DNA of 64,000 nucleotides from Fistulifera solaris (Eukaryota): NCBI GenBank assembly GCA_030295235.1, contig AP026133.1, positions 744,001-808,000 of the forward strand, in the 5' to 3' direction. The position numbers and the translations under genes are program-made. Positions 1 through 11,566 of the stretch are shown here, one piece after another. The notes below the pieces were generated by a model, which had not been told where the DNA came from, ran no database searches, and saw nothing but the letters and a program-made list of their open reading frames with translations. Numbering within the stretch: the first letter of the stretch is position 1; each line of letters opens with the position of its first letter.

Positions 1-547
1 ATATTTGTCTTGTTGGTCAAAGCAACGATCGAAGATTAAAAAAATGACTGAGTCAACCAATGGAGCAAAGAAGGAAAATATCGACAAAGAAGTAATTGTT
101 TCTAGTTCTTGCAATCCCTACTCGGTTAACCTCTCTATACAATCCGTTATGTAAGTCTGTGCAGAACTCCAGACGCCTGACTACTGAGTACACCTGGTAA
201 ACAAACTCTTTCTGAGAGAGAGAGCGAGGGCACTGATCGAGAATCGCGAGCAAGCTCCGCCCCCAAGTGTAATTTATCCGGTGAAGGCGGAAAAGGAGTG
301 ATAATCACAAAATTCTACTTCAAAAGACGAACACAGAAAAGAGACTATAGCACATACGTAGGAAGAAAAGAACATTTCCCAATAAAACACATGATAGCAA
401 GTAGCAACCAGTACCGGTTAGGGTTAAAGTAACTATTCCTGAGTCCTTTGTTAACTTCACAATAGCTGTTTGGATCAATTCGACTACGCAGAATTCAATT
501 TTCGACTCCAAAAGTTCATCAGATCAACCGATCATTTGCTTTTCAGC

Positions 548-3500
548 ATGGATAATCATGGTCCAAACGCCGAAGAGCCTCGGAATCGGCGATCGGTGAG
601 GTTTGGCGAAGATCAAATTCACTACGTCGAACGTCTCGAACCGAGTACAGAAGAAGAGACAGTACCGGCTATTCGTACTAGTCACAGTGAATCTCAAAGT
701 ACTAAGAACGCTAATCACTTAGGGACAAACGGTACTGCATCACGATGCTGTGACTGCAGTCGGCGCTCTCACTGTCTACAACGGAAAAAATGCGCATGTA
801 AACGTAATGGAGTCCATTGTACCAACTGTATCTGCGCTGACTGTCATAACAAAGAAACTGCTACGGATACCACAACCACAACTCACAACGTTAACGGACG
901 AGATCTTGTTGTAGACTTCGTTGCCCCAACGGCACCAACGGAAACCAACGACACCTCCGTTCACAACATCAACGGACGAGAAATTGTCGCCGAGGTCGTT
1001 CAACCAACAACTGCTCAAGTGCCTTGGCACCATCGCACTAGACTCACGGACGAAAACAGACAAAGGGACAATACTCAAAACATCAATCAGGCCCAGGACA
1101 CTATTGCACTTCCATTCAATAATGGGGAACCAGCACTAAAACAAGAAGCCGAACCACGCAAAACAACTATGCCCGTATTGAGATTGATGATGGTAGACTA
1201 CTAAAGCGAAGACACGGATGATGACTCTGAGGCAGAAAGGGGAGAAAGCTTTACACCGCACAACAATTATGAACCTTTCCTTACCCCTGAACCCGATGCG
1301 GACCTTCCGGATTTCGTTGAAGAAGAGGCACACAGAAAAATCAAAGAAGTCTACGGAGACCATCCCCATAACAACGACGGCACCCATCTCACGGGAGGAA
1401 TACCAGCGGACATTGATGCAAAATGGCAAGAATGGTACTACAAATTGGTATCTTACCCATCCCGTAGCTACATGCTGTCTAAATGTGCGACATCAAAAAG
1501 ATTCCTAAACCTCCTAGTTGAAGAAATGAAGAATGTCCGAGTGCATAGAACAGCCAACTTTGAACGAGTAATTGTCTTCTGCATTGTCATCCTGGAACGA
1601 TGCCCAACAGTCAAGGGACATAGGAACATCACGAACAGGCTCAATGACCGAATGGACATGTGGGCAAACGAACATTTCGAAGCACTGTTTACGGACACTT
1701 TGTACACAAGAAGCATCGCGCTTCCGGAAGCGCAAAGAATCTATGGAAGAGCTGGCACGACAATTCGACCTCACATTAAAGTCAGGAAGAACAAAAGAAG
1801 CAATGCAACAGCTCAAAACTACCCATCAAAAAGGGCGGTGTACTTGACCCTGATGAAATCGATGAAAAAACAGGACGCCAAAAGTCATAGACGTGTTAGA
1901 AGAAAAACACCCTGAGATGCGAGTCCCTGACCTTGATCGACCCGGGGGCACAGTGCTTTTGAACACCATGACAACCTCCCACCAGTGATACCGCTTGAAT
2001 CTCATCAGATGCCATTGAAACAACGGCTACCAAGCTACACGGAAGTGGAGGACCAAGCGGGATTGATTCTGTCACATTCAAGAATTGGCTTCTTGCTCAT
2101 GGCAAAGCATCCTACAGCTCTCAGAAAAGAAATGGCAGAATGGACGGAATGGATTTCTAATGGTAATCCACCATATGCAGCTATTCGGGCTCTGATGAAT
2201 GCTAGATTGATTGCTCTAGACAAAAAGCCAGGAATTGGGGCCTGTTGCGGTTGGCGAAATCTTCCGAAGACTTATGGGTAAACGGTTCTTAAAGTCACAG
2301 GATACACCGCGACCGTTGTTTGTGGAAATCTTAATCTTTGCGTGGGGTTACCGTCCGGGAATGGAAGGCGGTTCATGCAATGCACCAGAAATACATCAAG
2401 GCGCGCCAAGCAACAGCAGAAAAACAAATCACTCACTTGGAAGGCCACGATATATACCCTACAGCACTAGAAGTTCAAATGGAAGTTGAAGATACAGAAG
2501 AGATTTATGATTATGATGATTTCCTTGATGACGATCTAATTGAAGAATTTGTATCCGACCCTGAATTAATGCTTTTGGTTGATGCACGAAATGCATTTAA
2601 TGAAATCAGCCGACTTTCACTTCTCTGGACTGTCCGCCATCTTTGGCCACAAGGATCTCGATTTGCATTCAATTGCTATCGCCATGCTTCAACTCTCTTC
2701 ATTCGGAAACAAAATGAATTTGCCATGACGATCCAAAGCAGAGAAGGAGTTGCTCAAGGAGACCCCTTGAGCATGATCCTTTATGGACTAGCTCTTGCTC
2801 CAATTACCCAAACCATTCGCACCGAAGTCGATGACATTGTATCACCTTTCATGACGATGCAGCATTTGCAGGTAAAGCGTCCAGTATTGACAAGGCAATG
2901 CAAATTCTTATGCAACTTGGTCCAGATCGCGGTTACTTCCCAGAACCCGAAAAGAGTATTGTTGTATGCCGTAAATCCGACGAACAAAGCTGCAAGCTCA
3001 TTCTCTAGAAATATGGGTTTCAGTACACACGCGGACATCGATACTTGGGAGGATTTATTGGCTCATCAGTCGAGCGACAAGTGGGTTACGGCAAAAATCA
3101 ACGAATGGGTAAGCACTCTGACGACACTTTCCGAAGTCGCCAAAAGATACCCCCAAGCCGCCCTATTCAGGATTTTGTCGGTCACTCCAAATGGAATGGC
3201 AATACGTCCAACGAGTCATTCCTGGAATATCTCATCTCTTTGCACCCCTTGAGAAATGCATCCAGAAGAAATTCCTCCCGGCACTACTTGGCGAAGATCA
3301 GCCGATCACGGGTGACTTGCGGAAATTCTCTCTCTCAGCACAAAGGCAGCGGGGATTGGCATTTGGAACCCGGTAAAGACATGCGAACACAACTTCTCTA
3401 CCTCACAAGACATCACGAAACTCATCTCAAACAGTTTATACAGCAACACAGAATTAAACGTTGGAGAGCATCTTTCACATGCCACAGTAGAGAAAAACAG

Positions 3501-4359
3501 TGCCGCAAAAATCCGATTTCAAAACGAAATTCAAACGCTTGACGAAATCTGTATTGGAAGACCAGATGAAAGGCGAAGACTTCTTCGAGCAAAATCGACA
3601 GGAATTTGGCTCTCGGTGCGTCCACAGACATTCACGGACACCGAACTCTCAAAAGACGAATTCCGTGACAGTCTACGAATTAGCTCAGGACTCCCAATTC
3701 TTGATCTCCCCAAGAAGTGTGATGGATGCAATAAACCGTTTACAGTCGAACATGCACAACAATGCAAAAACGGTGGACTTGTTATCCAGAGACACGACGA
3801 TCTGAAAAGCGAATTCATGTCTCTTTGCACGCAAGCCTTTGGACCCAAATCTGTTCGGCGATGAGCCTACCATTCACACATTTGGCAACAGCAACAACAG
3901 TACACAGGTTCAAGAGCTTCGAGGGAGATGTTTCGGCCTATGGCTTTTTGGAATGAGAGACGAACGACCATTTTCGATGTCCGAGTTACTGATACCGACG
4001 CACCGTCATACAGAAACCGTGACCCGATTAAGGTTCTGGCTTCTCAAGAGCGTGAAAAGCGTAGCATGTACGGACCCCCTTGCCACGAACGCAGACGAGA
4101 CTTCACTCCCCTGGTCTTTTCCATTGACGGAATGATGGGACAACAGGCTATTTCAGCATCGAGACAGCTTGCAAGAAAACTTCAGCGGAAGTGGAACAAG
4201 CCATACTCCGAGATCTGTGGCTTCATCCGGGCGCGCATGAGTCTTTCCCTGGTCAGGTCAGTTAGTATGCTTCTCGCGAAATCCAAGAGAAGGAATGCCA
4301 AAACGGAATCCCCCTCATTGGGAAACGGGCTCGGGACTGGCCCTCTACTAGCGCACTAA
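548..4359 (+). CDS. CRE-like polyprotein (CXC-like Cys cluster, RT, zinc knuckle, RLE), broken by many frameshifts
   Basis: ATG at 548 (MDNHGPN). ORF-track pieces 470-1204, 1445-1915, 1985-2281, 2338-3252, 3616-3864 and 3928-4359 are collinear with the expected domain order. Confidence 0.8.
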
Positions 4360-4530
4360 GGCTAGGGAGTTAGAACCAAAGTTTACTCAGAGAAGTGTCA
4401 GACTGAAATATATGTGAATGAAAAGTGGAAAATTCAGTCGAATGTCAAGATTAGATTCTGACGATTAAAAAAATTAGGAATAAAATATATATGTTAATGA
4501 ATGAATCGTGATTCTAAAAAAAAAAAAAAA
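548..4530 (+). mobile_element. CRE-clade-like non-LTR retrotransposon (RT plus restriction-like endonuclease), poly(A)-tailed; 5' end not defined
   Basis: Frameshifted ORF pieces give RT motifs (ARLIALDKKPG, PVAVGEIFRRL, LLVDARNAFNEISR, GVAQGDPLSMILY, damaged YADD as F..DDAAFAG near 2845), a zinc knuckle CDGC-x7-H-x3-C followed by RHD, and a PD-(D/E)xK-like core (GDVSAYGFW..FDVRVTD..EKR). A 3' UTR follows, ending in A15 at 4516-4530. Confidence 0.9.
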
Positions 4531-6086
4531 CCAGTAGTCGCACTCAGTTTGGGGCTCGGGAACTTGTGCAGTACGTAGTACGAACAGCGAACTCATCACT
4601 CCTAGCTTCTTGCTTCTTAGTGTATGCTCCGTAAGTTTTTTTTTTGTTCTTCATTCGTGGCTCGTGGCTCTCAGAATTCACAATTCGCAACTCACCGATT
4701 CCCGATTCATATCTCTTTTCCCTTCTCCAGCCCTGGGCCCTCGCTGAAACACTAAAGACTAGACTATGTGGACTATGGCCTATTGCTCATAGCTACTCTG
4801 ACGTCTGAAGCCATTCGAGAGTCGAGAGAATAGAGAAGCCATAAGCCATGTCTGTGCGAATCTATTCTGAAATGTGTCAATGTAAGGCTATCCGGAGTTC
4901 AGAGTTGTTTTGCCAGTAACCAGAATTACTCCGTATGCAATAAATAATCGACCGAGACGCGAGACGCAAGAAGCGGAGATGCGAGATGCGGGCATTTTTC
5001 ATTTTCATTTTCCGGTTATTGTACACCGGAGTACACCAGAGTACACTCGAACTCACTCGAAAGCTCAAAGGTCATTATTTTTGGTCATTGAGAATTGAGA
5101 CCCTACTGTACAGAGCATTGGCTTTCGGCTCTTACGCCCTCTTGCTCTTGGCTCTTGGCTTCGGTTTCTGTTTTTGTATCTTTGTCTTGTCCCTGTCCAA
5201 ACCAAACAAAGGAGCAAAGCACAAAGCATAGGGCTACGCAGCTACTGGTACGCCTCTCTAACTTGCATTGAAAATGTAAGGAACTCTTGCAAAAGAAATG
5301 ACAGATGATAGACGTTAGATGACAGATGATTGCTTAATGATTGTTGATTACTGATCTAACACTAGTAGTGACTTTTCACCAAAAGACTTTCTTGCATTGA
5401 GCTAAAGACGGTGGAAAAGTAAAGGAGACTAATATCTCATAGTTTCCGACAACGAAAAAAAGTGAAGCACACGACACACGACACACCACCGACTCAAAGT
5501 TATTGTGCATTTCATCGCGATTCGCAATTACTTGGTACCAGGTACACTCCGTTTTCCTATAGAAAGACCAGAAGTTCAGAGGCGAGGGCGGCGGGCGAGG
5601 TACCGTACTTGTAGGTTGCACGTCGCGGAGATTGGCCTCGGCGTCGGCGGGCCAAAATGTGATTATTAGTTTAGGATTCCGTACAAATCATTACAGTGTA
5701 CTTCGTTGCGGCTCGGTCAAAAAGTCAAATCCTTCCAAATTCCTAATACGTTAGCTACCATTAACCATTAAGGAGGCACTCTAGAGAGTATAAAGTTATA
5801 TACGGAGTACCGTAGCTTTTACCACTTACCACCCACCAAAAAAATGGTACTCCGTATCTGGTAAGGTTACGCGATGGGACGTTACGGCGAACAATTGCCT
5901 TAAAAGTTGAAGGACGATAGACGATAGACAGACGTCCATGATTAATCAAACCCGTACCAGGTAGAAATGTAGATCGTGATGAGCTTGTGTGTCATGTGCC
6001 ATGAGTCATGTTCGTACTGTGACAACAGATATTCTTATAATCAGGTACCGGTACCAGTACTTGTATGCCTCTCACAGGGTTCGAAC

Positions 6087-6312
6087 TGTTGAATCTTAGG
6101 GGAAATCCAGTCACGGTTCCACGTCAGCAAGCTATGAATCACGAACGTCAAAGTCATGAAGACAATTTCTGACACGAAGAATTGTTCCTCACCATCGCCA
6201 ATGGTCAAGTTGCGGACCACACATTCCGATTCTTCGATTTGCAAGTTTCATCGCAGTTATAAATTTAGAAACTTCGTTTCTCTCTTGTCATTTCTAATCT
6301 ACGATTTCAACA
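6087..6312 (+). repeat. 5' LTR (226 bp)
   Basis: Identical by eye to 11215-11440; TG...CA termini. Confidence 0.97.
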
Positions 6313-6325
6313 GAAGTTTCTAAAT
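6313..6325 (+). promoter_or_regulatory. Primer-binding site complementary to the element's own LTR (putative self-priming)
   Basis: GAAGTTTCTAAAT directly after the 5' LTR is the exact reverse complement of ATTTAGAAACTTC at 6263-6275. The tRNA-type TGG start is absent. Confidence 0.7.
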
Positions 6326-6347
6326 CCTTTGCCTCTCCTCACCTCCC

Positions 6348-7575
6348 ATGTCTTCCGCCACTGCCGCCATCTCGCAAGAGAACATTTTCGCCATCTTCCC
6401 CGAGCCAGTTGTCAAAATTGAAGGTGACCCCTCGCCCCTCCAGATCCATCAGTTGATCAAAAATGTCCGCGCCAACGCCTCCGCTATTGACAGCAACATT
6501 GGTGACGGTCGCCACGGACACCTTGGACTAGTTGTCTCCCCGAATTTTATGCGACATTAAGCGATCAGCCTTTCACCGTCCCTCGCGAACCCGGGCCCAA
6601 GGGCAATTATTCCGCCAGGTACTACCGGCCCCCAAGCCAAACTTCTCAAACTTCGCTTTTGATGCCGACTCCCGCCCTGTTCACATTGACACGGGCAGTT
6701 GATATTGCGCTCAAAACCTACATTTTAAAATGTGTTGACAACCGTTATGTCCGCGCACTATACGAAGACAATGTGCAGTACGGAAATCGTAGTGCTCGTG
6801 ACCTCCTCGCACATCTTTACCGACAACTACGGTAAAATTGAACCTCAAGATCTCACTGCTAACTTAGAGACTCTAAACAAACCATGGAATGCAGCCAGTT
6901 CATTCGAAGATTTAATTGATCAAATTGAAACGGCAGTGGACTATGCCAATATGGGAGGCGACCCTATTACTGCCACGCCAAATTCTCAACTCCGCATACA
7001 CCAACGTCTTCAACACTGGTGCTTTTCTCGAGTCATTGCGGGAATGGGACCGCAAACCTGCCGAAGACAAGACCTGGGCACACTTTAAACCATTTATGCT
7101 TGCCGCGACAGCGCCAACGTCGCAAAGAACTGCACACCACTACAGGTGGCCAGGGTTTTGCGAATCAGGCCCTGCCCTGGAGAGTTCGGTCATCAACCTT
7201 GAAGCTGCCAGGGAAGTTGATCAAGTACAGTTCAGCGCCCTAGCGAGCACCACAAGCATGCTCCACAACCAGTTGCAAGAGGCGCTAAAGGAAATCGAAC
7301 AACTCCGGCAGAATTTGCCTGCATCGGGAAAACGGCAAATGACAGACAACGGAAGCTTTTCCAACAAGAAACAACGGACCCGCAACATCAAGGCTCACAA
7401 AGCACGCAACACATGGGACGATTACTGCTGGACACATGGTTTTGTTGTGGCACCCGGCCACAACAGCGGCACATGTCGCAACCCCGCTCCCGGACACCAG
7501 CACGCCGCAACCAAAAACAACACTATGAATGGCAGCACGGCCGGCATTGCCTTCCGCAAACCACTCGACAACTGA
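6348..7575 (+). CDS. Copia Gag (frameshifted)
   Basis: ATG 6348, NASAIDSNIGDGRHGHLGLV, C-terminal YCWTHG-x6-H-x4-C knuckle; TGA at 7573-7575. Confidence 0.85.
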
Positions 7576-10500
7576 CTCCTAGGGCAGACAGTAACCGATA
7601 ACGCAGCATTATCCCTTTATCCACACTGTCTACAGCCCCCACAACCTTTGCACCACCACCCTATCACCACCGCAATAGCCGACACCGGAACCACAGGGCA
7701 TTTTGTAACGTCCCGCTTCCCGCTACTCAAAAAACAGCAAGCCGACACACCTATCACTGTTCAGCTCCCCGACGGCGCCCACATCCACAGTACTCACATA
7801 GGTCACTTGCCATTTGCCCGCCTACCGCCCTCTGCAACCACAGCCCATGTTTTCCCCAGCCTGCATCCACACACACTGATTTCCATCGGCCAACTCTGTG
7901 ATAGTGGCTACACCGCCACCTTCACTGCAGACAAGCTTGCCATCACTAATGCCAACGATGAAACCATCCTCACCGGTAACAGATCTCCCCCTGGTCTTTG
8001 GAAAATCCCGCTTTCGGCCGCACACACCAGCACCCGCCAACATCACAACGAGCCGGAACCCAACATACCGCCGTCACTCAGTGCTCTCCCACAAATCGCC
8101 GCCCTCCACACGGCATCTCAGCCCGCCGCCGCAACTCACACCGCCAACACCATAATGCCCACCCACAATCTCAGCGAGCTCATTCCTTTCCTGCACGCGT
8201 GTCTTTTTTCCCCGGCAAAGACAACACTCATTCGCGCCATCCGTGCAAATCATCTTACCACTTGGCCGAAGCTCACTGTTGAGAATGTCTCCAAATATCT
8301 CCACGAAAGCGAAGCCACGGTTCTTGGTCACCTTGATCAAACGCGAAAAAACATTCAATCAACAAAAACAATAAATCATAAACACGCAACCGTAAACACT
8401 CCACCAACTCCAAACACCAGATCCGTGCCAAAAACAGACACACTGGACATTGACTCCGCACACACGACAGACATTGGAAAAACCGCTCCCACGAAATCTA
8501 TTGCGCCATTGAGTCCCAACCCTCTATCTCAGGACAAATCTATACTGATCAAACAGGCAGATTTCCCACAACCGCCGCATCCGGAAATCAATACCTCATG
8601 GTCCTCTATGACTACGACAGCAATGCAATACTCATTGAAGCCATTAAAAATCGCTCAGCCTCAGAATTACTTCGAGCCTACAAAAACTTCACCAACTCCT
8701 AGTCCAACATGGTCTCCAACCGAAACTACAAAGACTAGACAACGAAGCAAGTCGTCTTCTAAAGGATTTTATGTTTGAGAAAGGTATAGATTTCCAACTA
8801 ACTCCTGCTGGCGTCCACCGCCGCAATGCCGCCGAGCGCGCCATTCGCACATTTAAAAACCATTTCATTGCCGGAATGTGCTCTACAGATCCAAACTTTC
8901 CTATGCAGCTTTGGGATACCTTACTACCGCAAGCACAGCTCACGCTTAACCTCTTACGCTCCTCGCACATCAACCCGAAACTATCCGCCCATGCACAAAT
9001 CTTCGGTGCCTTTGATTTGAACCGAACACCATTAGCTCCGCCCGGCACTCGCGTCATCATTCACGACAAACCGCAAAATCGAGCCTCTTGGGCACCGCAT
9101 GGTTCTCCCGGATGGTATGTTGGCCACGCACCTGAGCACTACCGCTGCTACACATGCCGCACCACCGCGAATTTCGCCGAACGGATCTCCGACACCGTCG
9201 TTTTCTTCCCGCACCGAACGCCATTACCTGAGATGTCCCCGCATGAAAAGCTCACGCAAGCCACAGTTGCATTAACACAAGCCTTGCAGCACCTTCAACT
9301 CACTAATGGCACAAACAAGCTTCCCACCGCTCATGACTTTCCGAGGGTGTCAAGTACCCACACGCAACCAGCTCCGAGGGTGCACACCGCAAACACCCTC
9401 TTGCCCAGCCAACACATTCCAGATACACCATTGGTCAATCTCTTTATCCAAGAAGAATGCACACAACGCCATTATCCCACCCACTACGCCAATTCCGTTT
9501 TCGACGCTACCACCGGCAAACATCTCGAATATCGTGACCTCATTCGACTTCCACACACAAAACAATCCTGGCTGAAGTCGGCTGCAAACGAATTTGGTCG
9601 ACTCGCACAAGGACTGAAATCCCGAAAGATCCACGGCACTGACACCATCACCTTTATCTCAAAGTCCAGAGTCCCGAACGGCCGCAAAGTCACTTACGCG
9701 CGTTTTGTTTGCACACTTCGACCTCAGAAAGCAGAGGAAGAACGCACCCGTCTCACGGTGGGCGGCAATCTCATTGAATACAACGGACCAACGAATGCAC
9801 CTACAGCCGACATCACGACATACAAAGTGCTCATCAACAACACTCTTTCCACCCCGAACGCACGCCAAGTCATTGCCGACATCAAAAATTACTATCTCGG
9901 CACCAACTTACCTATTTCCGAATACATGAAGATACACATTTTACTCATTCCCAACGAGATAATCGACGAGTACAACCTTCATGAACTCCAAGACGAATCT
10001 GGTTTCATTTACATCGAGATCAACAAGGGAATGTACGGGCTGCCACAATCGGGTCGCCTGGCAAACGAAAAATTAGCCCGAACCCTAGCTCCATACGGCT
10101 ACTACCAAGCACGCCACACACCGGGATTGTGGCTACACAAAACGCTCTCCCAATTCTATTCGTCCTTGTCGTCGATGATTTTGCCATCCAATACACAAAC
10201 AAGGAGCATGCCAAGCAGCTATTGCACATACTCAAAACGAACTACGAGGATGTCTGTCGATTGGACCGCCAGTCTTTATATTGGTATTACTGTCAAATGG
10301 GATTACGAGACCCATACTGCAACGCTGTCCATGCCCGGTTATATCTCAAAACTCCTCGACAAACACCATCACCCCACACCAGTGAAACCATGCCACGCAC
10401 CGCACCCCTACAACATTCCCCAATACGGTGTTAAACAACAATTAACACCAGCACCTGACACTTCCGAGTCTCTCAACAAAGCCGGCATTTTGCGGATCCA

Positions 10501-11182
10501 GCAAATTGTGGGCTCCCTTCTCTATTATAGCCGCGCAGTAGACCCAACCATCGCTGTCACATTAAGTGCACTCGCTTCGGAACAGTCCAAAGCAACGCAA
10601 AACACAAACAAGAAAGTCCACCAACTCTTGGACTATTGTGCCACATATCCCGTCTCCCACCTTCGCTACCACGCCAGCGATATGATCCTAAAAATTCATA
10701 GTGACGCATCATTCGGCAATGAATCTGGTTTTCGCAGCCGAGCCGGCGGTCATCACTACCTCGGCAAGGCCAACTCAAACTTTTTCAACAGCGCCATCCT
10801 TAACCCGACTGGTATCCTGCGCCATGTTGTCACCTCTGCCACCGAAGCGGAAATCGGCGCTCTCTTTGTCAATGCGAAAGAAGGCCTCATCCTGCGCACC
10901 ACCCTCCATGAAATGGGATTCTCACAGCCATGTACCACCATCATCACCGACAACACCATGGCTGACGGTTTTGTGAATGACACCATCAAAAAACAACGTT
11001 CACGTGCAATCGACATGCGTTTCCATTGGATAATCGACCAACGCCAACAAAACATTTTCGACCTTGAATGGCGGCCCAGCAATGAAAATAAAGGCGATTA
11101 TTTTACTAAACACCACAGCCCCGCCCACCATCGCCTCATGCGACCCGTTTATTTACACTGTCAGGACGACCGAGATTCGTGA
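7576..11182 (+). CDS. Copia Pol (protease, integrase, RT, RNase H), in frame with gag across one TGA; several frameshifts
   Basis: Protease IADTGTTGH. Integrase TDQTG..LDNE..NAAERAIRTFKNHF. RT ADIKNYYL, KGMYGLPQSG, VVDDF. RNase H IHSDAS, TEAEIG, TDN, GDYFTK. Confidence 0.92.
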
Positions 11183-11214
11183 TTTTTGTTTCGTGCAACC
11201 GGACTGCGAGGGTG

Positions 11215-11440
11215 TGTTGAATCTTAGGGGAAATCCAGTCACGGTTCCACGTCAGCAAGCTATGAATCACGAACGTCAAAGTCATGAAGACAATTTCTGA
11301 CACGAAGAATTGTTCCTCACCATCGCCAATGGTCAAGTTGCGGACCACACATTCCGATTCTTCGATTTGCAAGTTTCATCGCAGTTATAAATTTAGAAAC
11401 TTCGTTTCTCTCTTGTCATTTCTAATCTACGATTTCAACA
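11215..11440 (+). repeat. 3' LTR (226 bp)
   Basis: Identical to 6087-6312; followed by TSD CGAAC. Confidence 0.97.
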
Positions 11441-11566
11441 CGAACTTCGACGCATGTTCGAAGAGTACGGTGCAGAACACGAGAGATGGTATCGGCGTAT
11501 GCATAATAAGCCATTCGACGAATTATTTTCCTCGCTGATTCATTGTTTTACAACTCTCTTGAGAAC

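Larger units (their letters stand above)
6087..11440 (+). mobile_element. Full-length Ty1/copia LTR retrotransposon (diatom CoDi-like)
   Basis: Two identical 226-bp LTRs (TGTTG...CAACA). 5-bp TSD CGAAC at 6082-6086 and 11441-11445. Domain order gag-PR-IN-RT-RH. Purine-rich GCGAGGGTG just before the 3' LTR. Confidence 0.97.

Noticed and set aside
410..430. Telomeric TTAGGG seed
   Set aside because: Single unit only; expected by chance.
150..470. Self-cleaving ribozyme or 5' TSD for the CRE element
   Set aside because: No hammerhead CUGANGA core found by eye; only a short TCCGCC/GGCGGA stem; no match to the 3' flank CCAGTAGTCG. A covariance-model search would be needed.
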